From Candidatus Cloacimonadales bacterium (GTDB lineage: Bacteria; Cloacimonadota; Cloacimonadia; Cloacimonadales; JAIOQZ01), in the NCBI GenBank assembly GCA_963674825.1, contig OY771587.1, positions 1,344,001-1,408,000 on the forward strand: a stretch of 64,000 bases of DNA, given 5' to 3'. Positions 39,789 to 49,910 of the stretch are shown in pieces. The translations under genes and the position numbers were made by a program. Below the pieces are notes generated by a model. It was not told the DNA's origin, searched no databases, and saw only the letters and a program-made list of their open reading frames with translations. Numbering within the stretch: the first letter of the stretch is position 1; the number at the start of each line of letters is the position of its first letter.

Positions 39789-40754
39789 TCAACGATATAA
39801 AAGCGGATTGAGCAAGGCTTTCCTTACGTCTTCCACCGGCTCGAAAATAATCCGTGCGATCGAATCAAACAACGGGATATTGAGATTGAAGCGTGAGATT
39901 TGTTGGATCGTCTTGGCCATGGATACTCCTTCAACCACCATTCCAACCTCTTGTAGTGCCTCTTCGCGGGATTTCCCTTCACCCAACAGCTTACCGAACC
40001 TTCGGTTTCGGCTGTTTTCCGAAAGGCAAGTTGTTATCAAGTCACCGGCACCGGCGATACCGTACACGGTTTTCGTGGATACGCCCAGAAATTCCAGCAC
40101 GGTGGCGAATTCCTGCAAGCCGTAGGTCATGATCAGTCCATAGATGTTGGTCTTGAGCCCGAGTCCGTCGGCAATGCCCACCGCAATTGCAATAAGCCCC
40201 TTAAGCGATCCACAGAGCTCGATACCATCGATGTCGCGGCTGAATTCAAAGATCAGAAGGTCGTTGTCCAGCGCTTCCTGCAGTGTCATGAGCAGCCCCA
40301 TATCATTGGAAGCGAGCACAGCCTTGGCGGGAAGTCCGTTGGCGATCTCACGGGAGATCGTTGGTCCGCTCAGCGTGGCGAATCGCACAGTGGGAAGATG
40401 TTCCAATACTATCTGTTGGATAGTCATGAGCGAATCGTGCTTGAGGCCTTTGGATACGTTCATGATATTGTAAACGCCAGTCTTCTGGAGTTCGATAGCC
40501 ACGGCTTCCACGCGCCGTGACGGGATCGCGAGGATCACCAGATCTTCTTTCTCGATCGGACGGCTGTACTTGCATTCGATCGTGATCCGTTTGTCGATCT
40601 TCTTGCCTGGAAGGAATGCCTTGTTCTCTCGATTCAGATTGATTTCATCCGCTTCCTTCTGGTCGATCGTCCAGAGATAGACGTCGTTCTTCTTGCAGAA
40701 GAGCGTCGCCAGCGTGGTACCCCAGTTTCCGGAGCCTATGACAAATATACGCAT
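39789..40754 (-). CDS. gpsA: NAD(P)H-dependent glycerol-3-phosphate dehydrogenase
   Basis: VIGSGNWGT, SKGL, LSGP, GDLITTC, SRNRRFG, VEGV. Start at MRIFVIG (GAGG RBS). Confidence 0.92.
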   Translation of the reverse strand: MRIFVIGSGNWGTTLATLFCKKNDVYLWTIDQKEADEINLNRENKAFLPGKKIDKRITIECKYSRPIEKEDLVILAIPSRRVEAVAIELQKTGVYNIMNVSKGLKHDSLMTIQQIVLEHLPTVRFATLSGPTISREIANGLPAKAVLASNDMGLLMTLQEALDNDLLIFEFSRDIDGIELCGSLKGLIAIAVGIADGLGLKTNIYGLIMTYGLQEFATVLEFLGVSTKTVYGIAGAGDLITTCLSENSRNRRFGKLLGEGKSREEALQEVGMVVEGVSMAKTIQQISRFNLNIPLFDSIARIIFEPVEDVRKALLNPLLYR

Positions 40755-41153
40755 GTTTACCTCGTTTTGGTTTGTCGTTAATCTGCAGAAATCATCTGAT
40801 TCGGTAAAGTATTTTTTCAAATAATCCGGGAGGATATCTTTTTTACTCCACGCTATGTGATTAATCATGATTCCTTCGACTCCACTCAGCATGACATGAT
40901 TATTTCAGTCCGCATACCCGAAGAAAAATCACGTTTTACTCGATCATCGCGTAAGCTGCACAACCTTTTGCCAGTATGAAGTTTATCCACCGTGTCATCT
41001 TGAATGGAATCGAAGGACAACGGTGGATATATTCGTGATAGAGACAACGGATCGCACGTAAACTATAAACACGTAGAGACTTTTTTCATTGACGAACAAA
41101 TCAACGCCTGCATAAATTCAGTAAGAGAAATAAGAAACCAAAAGGAGTATCGT

Positions 41154-41972
41154 ATGGACCTTCAAACAATCCAAACGACGTTTTTGCATCTGGTGGAAAA
41201 GTATGGGTGGAAAGTAGTTGGAGCCCTGCTTATCCTTATTCTCGGTCGCATTCTGGCAGGAATCATTACGTGGAGTGTCAAAAAAGTCGTTTCCAGATCA
41301 AAAGGCGGAAAAACCCTCGCGGTTTTCGTTGGAAACCTGACGTTTATCGGTATCATGGTTTTCGCCATCGTGGCGGCAATCAGTAAGCTCGAAATTCAGA
41401 CCACGTCGTTCGTAGCGATCCTCGGTGCAGCCGGACTGGCTATCGGTTTGGCCTTGCAGGGATCTCTTTCCAACTTCGCATCCGGCGTGATGCTGGTTCT
41501 TTTCCGGCCATTCGAGGTTGGTGATGTTGTGCAACTGGGCGGCGTAACCGGTGCTGTCGAGGAGATTCAGATCTTCGTTACCACCCTGGCTACCCCGGAC
41601 AAGAAAAAAATCATCATCCCAAACGCCAAGATCACCGGCGACACCATCATCAATTACAGCACATCTCCAATCCGGCGCGTCGATATGGTAATCGGGATAG
41701 CATATAACGCTGATATAGACAAGGCCAAAAGCATCATCAAAGAGATTCTGGAAGCCGATCCACGCATATTAAAAGACCCGACCTACACCGTTGCGGTCGC
41801 TGAACTCGCTGACAGTTCCGTAAACCTCGCGGTTCGTCCGCACGTCAAAGGCGCTGATTACTGGGATGTCCTTTTCGATACGCAAGAGAAGGTGAAAAAG
41901 GCGTTCGACGCGAACGGCATCGGAATTCCTTTCCCACAGCGCGATGTCCACATCATCAGCCAGAAGGCATAA
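41154..41972 (+). CDS. mscS: Small-conductance mechanosensitive channel
   Basis: LGAAGLAIGLALQGSLSNFASG, RPFEVGD, IPFPQRDVH. Start at MDLQ (AAGGAG RBS). Confidence 0.93.
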   Translation: MDLQTIQTTFLHLVEKYGWKVVGALLILILGRILAGIITWSVKKVVSRSKGGKTLAVFVGNLTFIGIMVFAIVAAISKLEIQTTSFVAILGAAGLAIGLALQGSLSNFASGVMLVLFRPFEVGDVVQLGGVTGAVEEIQIFVTTLATPDKKKIIIPNAKITGDTIINYSTSPIRRVDMVIGIAYNADIDKAKSIIKEILEADPRILKDPTYTVAVAELADSSVNLAVRPHVKGADYWDVLFDTQEKVKKAFDANGIGIPFPQRDVHIISQKA

Positions 41973-41978
41973 AACGAA

Positions 41979-42428
41979 ATGTTTCGATACGACAGCTATT
42001 GCGGCATTTTCTGTGGTGCTTGCAGTATCTTGCACGCCACCGAGAACACCACAACGGATGATCGTGTCTGCAACGGGTCTGTAGAGCGCTGCCACGGATG
42101 TAAGAGCGATCTGAAATCCGATTATTGCAATGACTGTAACATCAAGCTCTGCGCCGAATCGAAGGGACTGGAGTTTTGCTACGAATGCAAAGAATTTCCC
42201 TGCGAAACGATACTCGACTTCGAAAACGACCGGTGTCCGCACCACTCGGGCATCCTGAAAACCTTGGAAACCATTCGTGACAAAGGTATAGCGCATTGGC
42301 TGACAAGCCAATCCAGACGATGGAAATGCCCTAGCTGTGGAAAACAATTTACATGGTATGAAAATGTTTGTTCAACCTGCGGCAGCGTACTCGAAGACTG
42401 TCGGATTCAAAAAATGGAGGAAAAATGA
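41979..42428 (+). CDS. Cys-rich DUF3795-like protein with C-terminal zinc ribbon
   Basis: YCGIFCGAC, CHGC, C.IK.C...KG..FC.EC.EFPC, CPSCG...CSTCG. Confidence 0.8.
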   Translation: MFRYDSYCGIFCGACSILHATENTTTDDRVCNGSVERCHGCKSDLKSDYCNDCNIKLCAESKGLEFCYECKEFPCETILDFENDRCPHHSGILKTLETIRDKGIAHWLTSQSRRWKCPSCGKQFTWYENVCSTCGSVLEDCRIQKMEEK

Positions 42429-42796
42429 GCTCTTATAGCAACCTTTTCAGCTACTCGTGGTTCTGGATTATGTATTTTGCCATTCTCATCTTCTTTCTTG
42501 CTTGTTACTGGAAAATATTCGCGAAGGCCGGAAAGCCCGGCTGGGCAGCGATTATTCCCTTCTACAACACCATTGTCATGCTCGATATTGCCGGCAGACC
42601 GCTCTGGTGGTTCTTCCTGCTCCTCATTCCGATCGTGAACATAGTATTTTCTGTGATTATCACAATTGACCTGGTCAAAGCCTATGGGAAACCTGCTGTC
42701 TGGGCATTAGGCCTTATCTTCCTGAGCATCATCTTTATACCGATTCTGGCATTCGATAGCTCCGAATACATTGGCAGACCCGTCCGCGAATCATAG
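42425..42796 (+). CDS. DUF5684-like membrane protein
   Basis: WKIFAKAGKPGWAAIIPFYN, GRPLWW; ATGA overlap with the upstream gene. Confidence 0.8.
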   Translation: MSSYSNLFSYSWFWIMYFAILIFFLACYWKIFAKAGKPGWAAIIPFYNTIVMLDIAGRPLWWFFLLLIPIVNIVFSVIITIDLVKAYGKPAVWALGLIFLSIIFIPILAFDSSEYIGRPVRES

Positions 42797-42805
42797 AAGG
42801 ACACA

Positions 42806-44266
42806 TTGATGACACCGGATTTAATAGCAAGTATCCGAAGTCGGGCAGAGCTCGAGAGCGTACGGGACGTTCTGGCATTTATACATCAAGCACTGGTACG
42901 ACACGGATTGGAGGAGAACCAGGCCGTCAAGCTCGATATAGCAGTAGAAGAAGCACTCGTCAATGTAATCGAGCATGCATTCGATCCTGACATGATCGGC
43001 TATTTCGACGTGATCCTCGAACGCATCCCCGGTGCGATACAGGTTACCGTCGCCGATAAGGGACTCCCCTACGACTTCAAGCGCTTCGACAAGGAAGAAG
43101 GCGGACTGGGCGTCAAGCTCATGAAGGGACTGGTCGATGAAGTTCGCTTTCTCAGCCTTGGAAACGCAGGCAAGCGCGTCGAATTCATCAAGCAACTACC
43201 CCACACCAACGCGGAAGATTATCTCGAGAAAGAACCCGAAGACCTTCCCATGGTTCCGCCCGAGACAACGACCACAATCCGGTTGATCGAGCCCGGTGAT
43301 TCCGAAGCACTCGCACGCTGCATCTATCGCTCTTACGGCTATTCCTACGCCATGGGATTCATCTACTATCCTGAGAAGACACAGGATTTGCTCAAGCAGG
43401 GACTCCTGCGATCGGTAGTGGTGATCGGTAAGGATAACGAGCTGATCGGGCATCTCGGCCTAAGCTTGCATAGCGCTGACGCGAAAGTAGGCGAATCGGG
43501 TATGGCGGTCGTCGATCCGCGCTATCGTGGTCGTGGCCTGTTCAAACATCTGAAGAACGCTTTGATCGATCACGCCCGTGAATCCGGCATGTACGGCATT
43601 TACAGCGAGGCTGTCGCAGTTCATCCCTTCACTCAGAAGGGCAACCTGACACTGGGCGCGAAGGAAACGGGTATCATCTTCGGGCTGATGCCACCATCCA
43701 TGCACTTCCGCAAGATCCAGTCGGAAGAAGCGAAGGAACGGCAATCAGCCGTGCTTTTTTATCTCAAGCTGCATCAGAGTCCGAAGCAAACGCTCTATCC
43801 GCCGCTGCATCACCGCAGCATGATCCGCAAGATATATGAGCGAAACGAGCTCGATCGTGAGTTAATCGATCCGGGTCAAGTTACCTTCGAACTGCCAGAA
43901 TATTCGGTTCTCAAAACCAAAATGATGCAGGAAGCCTTGATCGGCTACATTAGCGTCGAGGAGTATGGCGAAGACCTCATTCCCGCCGTCCGTCATCATC
44001 TGCACGAAATGGCACAGCAGAAGATGGAATGCGTCGATATCGACATCCCGTTGAATCACCCGGCAGCAGCCAAGTTCTGCGCATCGCTCGAGATGCTCGG
44101 ATTCTTCTTCGCGGGTGTGATTCCCGAACTATTTGGTGGAGATGTCCTTCGGCTCCAGTATATGAACATGGCTAAAATCGGCATCGACAAGATCGTGGTG
44201 GTATCCGAATTCGCAAAAGAATTACTGCAGTATGTTACAGATGCCTACGTAGAAACATACGCCTGA
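42806..44266 (+). CDS. RsbW-like (HATPase_c_2) kinase domain fused to a GNAT acetyltransferase domain
   Basis: AVEEALVNVIEHA, DKGLPYD, GGLGVKLM; then VVDPRYRGRGLF acetyl-CoA motif. Confidence 0.82.
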   Translation: MMTPDLIASIRSRAELESVRDVLAFIHQALVRHGLEENQAVKLDIAVEEALVNVIEHAFDPDMIGYFDVILERIPGAIQVTVADKGLPYDFKRFDKEEGGLGVKLMKGLVDEVRFLSLGNAGKRVEFIKQLPHTNAEDYLEKEPEDLPMVPPETTTTIRLIEPGDSEALARCIYRSYGYSYAMGFIYYPEKTQDLLKQGLLRSVVVIGKDNELIGHLGLSLHSADAKVGESGMAVVDPRYRGRGLFKHLKNALIDHARESGMYGIYSEAVAVHPFTQKGNLTLGAKETGIIFGLMPPSMHFRKIQSEEAKERQSAVLFYLKLHQSPKQTLYPPLHHRSMIRKIYERNELDRELIDPGQVTFELPEYSVLKTKMMQEALIGYISVEEYGEDLIPAVRHHLHEMAQQKMECVDIDIPLNHPAAAKFCASLEMLGFFFAGVIPELFGGDVLRLQYMNMAKIGIDKIVVVSEFAKELLQYVTDAYVETYA

Positions 44267-44349
44267 CAATATCCTGCTTCAAGCCTATATTGTCGGTAGA
44301 TGTAACATAGCGATTCTCGACGAGTTCCACCAAGAAAAGGTGATGGAAG

Positions 44350-46215
44350 ATGAAGTTAGCAAAAGACCTCGGTTTCTTTGCGTTGTTCAGCCTCGCCGCG
44401 GGAGCGATGATCTCCTCCGGGCTGTTCGTGCTGCCTGCTATCGCGTACAGCGAAGCAGGACCATCCAGTATCATTTCCTATATTCTTGCCGCGATCCTGA
44501 TGCTGCCCAGCGTGCTTTCCAAGGCAGAGCTGGCAACTGCCATGACGCGAAGCGGTGGAGACTATTTCTACGTGGATCGCATCCTGGGAACCCCCGCTGG
44601 GGTGATCGCCGGATTTGCCAACTGGTTTTCCATCGCGCTTAAAAGCGCTTTCGCTCTGATCGGTATCAGCGCATTTTCGCTGCTGGTATTCCCGGATTTC
44701 CCGCACTTCAAGCTCATCGCCGTGGGATTCTGTATCTTCTTCACGCTGCTGAACCTCGTCAGCGTAAAGACATCCGGCAAATTCCAGGTGGGATTTGTCA
44801 TCTTCCTTCTCGGTGCACTGGCAGCCTATATTATCCTGGGCTACCCAAGCGCCAGACCCGAATATTTCAGCCCGTTCAACATCAGGAAATACGTTCCCAT
44901 CCTGGAAGCAACAGGACTGGTATTCATCTCCTACGGCGGACTGACCAAGATCGACAGCGTAGCCGAAGAAAGCCGCGAGGCCGGACGGCTGATCCCAAAA
45001 GCAATGCTCTGGGCCTACACCGTGGTATCTATTCTGTATGTATTGGTCGTAGCCGTCACCATCGGTGTTCTTCCGCACGGAGAGCTGACTTCTACTCTCA
45101 CCCCCATCTCAGCGGCTGCAAGAGTCTTTACCGGCAAACCCGGCATGATCGTTATGGCAATCGCTGCTATGGCGGCTTTCATTACCACAGCCAACGCTGG
45201 CATCCTCGCGGCATCCCGCGTACCCATGGCCATGAGCCGCGACTACCTGCTTCCCAAGCTGTTCGGAACGGTAAGCAAACGATTCGGAACACCGTGGTTT
45301 TCTATCCTGGTCACATCCGGTTTTATGATATTCGTGGTGCTTTTCCTGGAAGTGGAGATGCTCGCCAAGGTAGCCTCCACATTCATGATCCTGCTTTTCA
45401 TCATGGTGAATTTCTCGCTGATCGTGGTGCGCTATGCCGGTATCCGAAACTACCGGCCAACCTTTCGCTCGCCACTCTTCCCCTGGCTCCAGATCTTCGC
45501 CATCATCGCCTATTCGATCCTGATCGCTCAAATGGGCTGGATTCCGCTTCTGATCACGATTTGCTTTATCGTGTTCGCCTATGTCTGGTATCGCGTCTTC
45601 TTCACCGGACTGGAAAAACGCCACTCCGCGCTCATCCGGCTGGCGATGAACATCCTCAACCGGATCATCATCAGCGAAACCAACTTCGAGAAGCTAGAGA
45701 ACGAGCTGCTGGGCATCCTCAAAGAACGAGAGAACATAGAAGAAGACGAATTCGACGTACTGATCGAAAAAGCGCTTATCGTCGATCAACAACAGGCGAT
45801 CGACCGAGAGGAGTTCTTCCGACAGTTATCCAGAGAGCTCTCTCCGCAGCTCAGCCTCACGCATGAGCAGATTTACGGCATGTTCTGCGACCGCGAAGTG
45901 ATGTCCAATACAAATATCATTCCAGGGGTTGCTGTTCCGCACATTATCCTCGAAGGCTCCAATCGCTTCGACATGGTGCTGGTGCGCAACAAGCACGGCA
46001 TCAAGTGGGATGACGACTCCGAACCGGTGAACGCCGTCTTCGTGCTGCTGGGTACCATGGATCAACGTGATCTGCATCTTCGTGCGCTTATGGCAATCGC
46101 GCAGATGCTTCAGGGAAAATCGTTTATGCAGAAATGGATGAATGCCATCGATGCCGAAGATCTGCGCTCGACCATCCTGCTCGCGAAACGCCAGCGCAAA
46201 GAATCGCACAAGTAG
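44350..46215 (+). CDS. APC-family amino acid permease fused to a PTS EIIA (Ntr/Fru)-like domain
   Basis: GAMISSGLFVLP, AELATAM..SGG.Y, about 12 TM helices; C-terminal RE..SNT.I..GVAVPH, HLRALMAIA. Confidence 0.88.
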   Translation: MKLAKDLGFFALFSLAAGAMISSGLFVLPAIAYSEAGPSSIISYILAAILMLPSVLSKAELATAMTRSGGDYFYVDRILGTPAGVIAGFANWFSIALKSAFALIGISAFSLLVFPDFPHFKLIAVGFCIFFTLLNLVSVKTSGKFQVGFVIFLLGALAAYIILGYPSARPEYFSPFNIRKYVPILEATGLVFISYGGLTKIDSVAEESREAGRLIPKAMLWAYTVVSILYVLVVAVTIGVLPHGELTSTLTPISAAARVFTGKPGMIVMAIAAMAAFITTANAGILAASRVPMAMSRDYLLPKLFGTVSKRFGTPWFSILVTSGFMIFVVLFLEVEMLAKVASTFMILLFIMVNFSLIVVRYAGIRNYRPTFRSPLFPWLQIFAIIAYSILIAQMGWIPLLITICFIVFAYVWYRVFFTGLEKRHSALIRLAMNILNRIIISETNFEKLENELLGILKERENIEEDEFDVLIEKALIVDQQQAIDREEFFRQLSRELSPQLSLTHEQIYGMFCDREVMSNTNIIPGVAVPHIILEGSNRFDMVLVRNKHGIKWDDDSEPVNAVFVLLGTMDQRDLHLRALMAIAQMLQGKSFMQKWMNAIDAEDLRSTILLAKRQRKESHK

Positions 46216-46273
46216 CGGAAAAAGATTGCCATTCTGATCGAAACATCAAGCCTTGACGCTATTCGGAGGCTCT

Positions 46274-47593
46274 ATGCAGAAAATCGACCTACTCGTATCA
46301 AACGGCACCGTCGTTACCATGAACGACCGGATGCAGATCATCGAAAACGGTGCAATAGCCGTTCACAACGGCAACATCCTCGCCATCGGCAACGCGAAAT
46401 CCATCTCGGAACAATTCGCAGCCGATACCACACACGACGCCAAAGGCGGATTCATAATGCCTGGCCTGGTCAACACCCACACCCACATCGCCATGAGCTA
46501 TTTCAAGGGCGTCGCGGACGACATGGCCCTGCAAGACTGGCTGCAGAACTTCATCTGGCCACTGGAAGGGAAATTCCTCTGCGAAGAGTTCATTTACCAC
46601 GCTTCGCTGCATGGCGTTGCCGAGATGATCCGCAATGGCGTGACCACCTTCTGCGATATGTATTTCCTGGAAGGCCAGACAGCCAAAGCCGCAACGGAAG
46701 CGGGTATCAGGGGACTTCTGGGAGAGGGAATCGTGGAATTCCCGGTAGTGAACTACACCAAGGCCGAACAGATGATCGAGTATGCTGTGGAGCAGCACAA
46801 CCTGCACCGGGACAACGATCTGATCCAGTTCATGCCGGCTCCGCACGCAATCTACACCTGCAATAAAGAGCACCTCGTCATGGCGGCAAGAGTCGCCCGT
46901 GAGAATAATATGCGCCTTCTCACCCATCTCGCCGAAACAAAAAAGGAAGTAACGGATTCAATCGCGCAATTCGGCAAATCGCCGGTTCGCTACCTGGACG
47001 AACTCGGCTTCCTGGGCGATAACTTGCTTGTCGCGCACGGCGTATGGGTGGATGACGAAGAACAGAAGATACTCGCCCGTACCGGAACCAGCGTCGCGAT
47101 CTGCACCGAAAGTAACCTCAAGCTCGCCTCCGGTATCGCGCCCATCAAAGGTTATCAGGACAATGGCGTCCGACTCGGTTTCGGCACCGACGGCGTAGCC
47201 AGCAACAACAACCTCAGTATCATCGAAGAGATGGGAACCACCGCCAAACTGCACAAGGCCATCAACGGCGATCCCGCCTTCCTTCCGGCCGAAACCGCAC
47301 TTCGCATGGCAACCATCGACGGAGCGAAAGCCCTCGGGATGTCCGAACGAACCGGATCGCTGGAGATCGGCAAGGCAGCCGATTTCATCGTGATGCACAC
47401 CGGCACCATCGAGACCGAGCCGCTCTACAGCGTCTATTCCCACATCTGCTATAACATGAACAGCAGCAATATCGGCGACGTGTTCGTCAACGGCAAAGCG
47501 CTTATGCTCGACCGCAAGCTGATGACAGTCGATGAACCCGAGCTCATCAAGCGCGCTCGTTCCTACCGTGAGAAGATCCTGCAAACGGTCTGA
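46274..47593 (+). CDS. Amidohydrolase, 5-methylthioadenosine/SAH deaminase (MtaD)-like
   Basis: PGLVNTHTH, PHAIYTC, HLAET, SNLKLASG, GTDGVASNNNL, GSLEIGKAAD. Confidence 0.85.
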   Translation: MQKIDLLVSNGTVVTMNDRMQIIENGAIAVHNGNILAIGNAKSISEQFAADTTHDAKGGFIMPGLVNTHTHIAMSYFKGVADDMALQDWLQNFIWPLEGKFLCEEFIYHASLHGVAEMIRNGVTTFCDMYFLEGQTAKAATEAGIRGLLGEGIVEFPVVNYTKAEQMIEYAVEQHNLHRDNDLIQFMPAPHAIYTCNKEHLVMAARVARENNMRLLTHLAETKKEVTDSIAQFGKSPVRYLDELGFLGDNLLVAHGVWVDDEEQKILARTGTSVAICTESNLKLASGIAPIKGYQDNGVRLGFGTDGVASNNNLSIIEEMGTTAKLHKAINGDPAFLPAETALRMATIDGAKALGMSERTGSLEIGKAADFIVMHTGTIETEPLYSVYSHICYNMNSSNIGDVFVNGKALMLDRKLMTVDEPELIKRARSYREKILQTV

Positions 47594-47595
47594 TC

Positions 47596-48345
47596 ATGAT
47601 ACGGTACGCCATAACCCTTTCCTACGACGGCACCCACTTCACGGGGTGGCAGGTGCAGCCGGAATCACGCACCGTACAGGGCACGCTCGAAGCGGCCTTC
47701 ACGAAGATGGCAAAAGCGCCGATCACCGTCATGGGCTCCGGCCGGACCGATTCCGGCGTCCACGCCCTGGGGCAGGTCGCGCACTTCGACCTCGACATGA
47801 ACATGACGCCACAGCAGATTATGCTGGCGCTCAGAACCCGGCTTCCCCACAATATCGGCATCATCGATATACGGCCCGTGCACGAAGATTTCCATGCGCG
47901 CTACAAGGCCTTCCAGCGCGATTACCAGTACCATATCGCACGTGAGCGGACTCCCTTCAACCGGCTCTATTGCTCCACCTTCGCCCGTAAGAAAATCCTA
48001 CCTGATAAAATCGCCGAATGCCTGCCGCATTTCCTCGGCTCACACGACTTCGCTTCTTTTTGCAAGCCCAACCCGGACATCACCAACACCGTTTGCGATA
48101 TGAACCGGCTGGACTTCGAGGAAGAAGAAGGCGGATGGGTCTTTCATCTGTCCGCGGATCGTTTCCTACACAACATGGTGCGCCGCATCGTGGGCTGCAT
48201 CATCACCATCACCAATAGAGGCCTCTCCCCCGCAATCATCGACGAGCTCTTCGAGATCAAACGCTCCGATCAGCTCCTGACCCCAACCGCACCGCCGCAG
48301 GGACTCTTCCTGACCAAGGTGCATTATCCGAAAGAATTCATGTAA
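47596..48345 (+). CDS. truA: tRNA pseudouridine(38-40) synthase
   Basis: YDGTHFTGWQ.QP, GRTDSGVHA.GQ, FHARY, FLHNMVR, APPQGLFL. Confidence 0.96.
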   Translation: MIRYAITLSYDGTHFTGWQVQPESRTVQGTLEAAFTKMAKAPITVMGSGRTDSGVHALGQVAHFDLDMNMTPQQIMLALRTRLPHNIGIIDIRPVHEDFHARYKAFQRDYQYHIARERTPFNRLYCSTFARKKILPDKIAECLPHFLGSHDFASFCKPNPDITNTVCDMNRLDFEEEEGGWVFHLSADRFLHNMVRRIVGCIITITNRGLSPAIIDELFEIKRSDQLLTPTAPPQGLFLTKVHYPKEFM

Positions 48346-48416
48346 TCAAGCTGCCTCTGCCATACGGCTTTGCCGCAATCTCCCAACGGGGCACTCCGCG
48401 CATAGGAGGAATTTCC

Positions 48417-49037
48417 ATGATCATCCCGGGAACAAGAGAGCACTTCAAAAACAAAGACGCCGACTGGATCATCATCGATATGGGCTTTGCGAAAAGCAGA
48501 AAGAGCTGCGGCTTGCTACTCGGTGATCCAGACAAAATTGAACCATTCCAGTTTGGAGAGATGGTTGATGAAGTAGCGAAATACATTCTTCAAAATAAAG
48601 GACCCTTCAACTTGATGATCGAAGCACCGTTATCGGTTGCATTCACAGAAAATGGAAATCCGGTAGGTAGACGTTTTGAGAAGGATGGAAAAAAGACTCG
48701 CTACTGGTATGTAGGTGCTGGAGCTGCTGTAATGACAGGTGCTACATACTTATTGAGAGAAATATTCAGCATATCAGGACATAGAGATATAAGACTATTC
48801 GAAGGCTTCGTGTCATTTAAAGAAAAAGGCACAAAAACCAACCATGTTGATGATGTATACAGATTGTACAACTGCGTTTTGAACTACGACGAGAAGAAAG
48901 AAGATAAGGAATACCATCTGATAGATCCGAACGAGAAAGAAAAAAGTACAGGCAACAACCTCGTGAGCGCTTTTAAGGTCACAGGAATGGACTTCGGCAT
49001 TCCGCTTGTGATAATGCCTCGAGTACGAGGAATGTAG
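48417..49037 (+). CDS. Hypothetical protein, RNase H-like fold (DUF429-like), AT-richer than neighbours
   Basis: GGAGG RBS; IIIDMGF...SCG, LMIEAPLS, LFEGFV, H.DD acidic motifs. Confidence 0.6.
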   Translation: MIIPGTREHFKNKDADWIIIDMGFAKSRKSCGLLLGDPDKIEPFQFGEMVDEVAKYILQNKGPFNLMIEAPLSVAFTENGNPVGRRFEKDGKKTRYWYVGAGAAVMTGATYLLREIFSISGHRDIRLFEGFVSFKEKGTKTNHVDDVYRLYNCVLNYDEKKEDKEYHLIDPNEKEKSTGNNLVSAFKVTGMDFGIPLVIMPRVRGM

Positions 49038-49064
49038 AAAGCAGGCAAAGGAGAACAAGTAAGC

Positions 49065-49910
49065 ATGCCCCAAATAATCCGAACCATGACGCTCTGCGAG
49101 GTTGATCTGGCGATCGACTGGGCAGCAAAAGAAGGCTGGAATCCCGGTATCCACGACGCCGAATGCTTCTTCGCGGCAGACAGCGGCGGCTTCCTGGTGG
49201 AAGAGATGGACGGTGAACCGGTAGCGACCATCAGCGTGGTGCAGTACGGCGATGACTACGGCTTTCTCGGATTCTACATCGTGAAACCGGAGTTCCGCGG
49301 AAGAGCGTTGGGATTCCCCATCCTGATGGCCGGCTTGAAGCGCTTGGGAGCCCGGAACATCGGCCTGGACGGCGTTGTCGAGCAGCAACGAAACTACATA
49401 CGAATCGGGTTCAAGATGGCCTACAACAACATCCGGTACGAGGGCGTTCGAGACGCGGAATCATCCTCACCAGACCCCGCCATTGTCCCGCTGCGCAAAG
49501 TGCCGTTTGATCAGCTTTGTGACTACGACTGCAAATACTTCTTTACACGGCGAGAAGCCTTCCTCAAGCCGTGGATCGCGCAACCGCAGACAACTGCGCT
49601 CGGATATGTCGTGGAAGGTGTATTGCAGGGCTATGGCGTGATACGTAAATGCCGCAAGGGCTACAAGATCGGGCCGCTATTCGGGGATACGGACGAAATT
49701 GCGAGAGCGCTGTTTGCCAGGCTGATTGGCGTTCTGGAGCAAGGCGAGACCTTCTATCTGGATATCCCGGAGCCGAATTCGGACGCGAAAAAGTTGGTTG
49801 TGGATTATAAGATGCAAAAGGTGTTCGAGACGGCTCGCATGTACACCGGACCAGCGCCGGATCTGCCCCTGGAGCGCATCTACGGCGTGACCAGCTTCGA
49901 GCTGGGTTGA
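49065..49910 (+). CDS. GNAT acetyltransferase (tandem GNAT, YitH-like)
   Basis: WAAKEGWNPG, FYIVKPEFRGRALG, LDGVVEQQ, KIGPLF, FETARMY, GVTSFELG. Confidence 0.88.
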   Translation: MPQIIRTMTLCEVDLAIDWAAKEGWNPGIHDAECFFAADSGGFLVEEMDGEPVATISVVQYGDDYGFLGFYIVKPEFRGRALGFPILMAGLKRLGARNIGLDGVVEQQRNYIRIGFKMAYNNIRYEGVRDAESSSPDPAIVPLRKVPFDQLCDYDCKYFFTRREAFLKPWIAQPQTTALGYVVEGVLQGYGVIRKCRKGYKIGPLFGDTDEIARALFARLIGVLEQGETFYLDIPEPNSDAKKLVVDYKMQKVFETARMYTGPAPDLPLERIYGVTSFELG

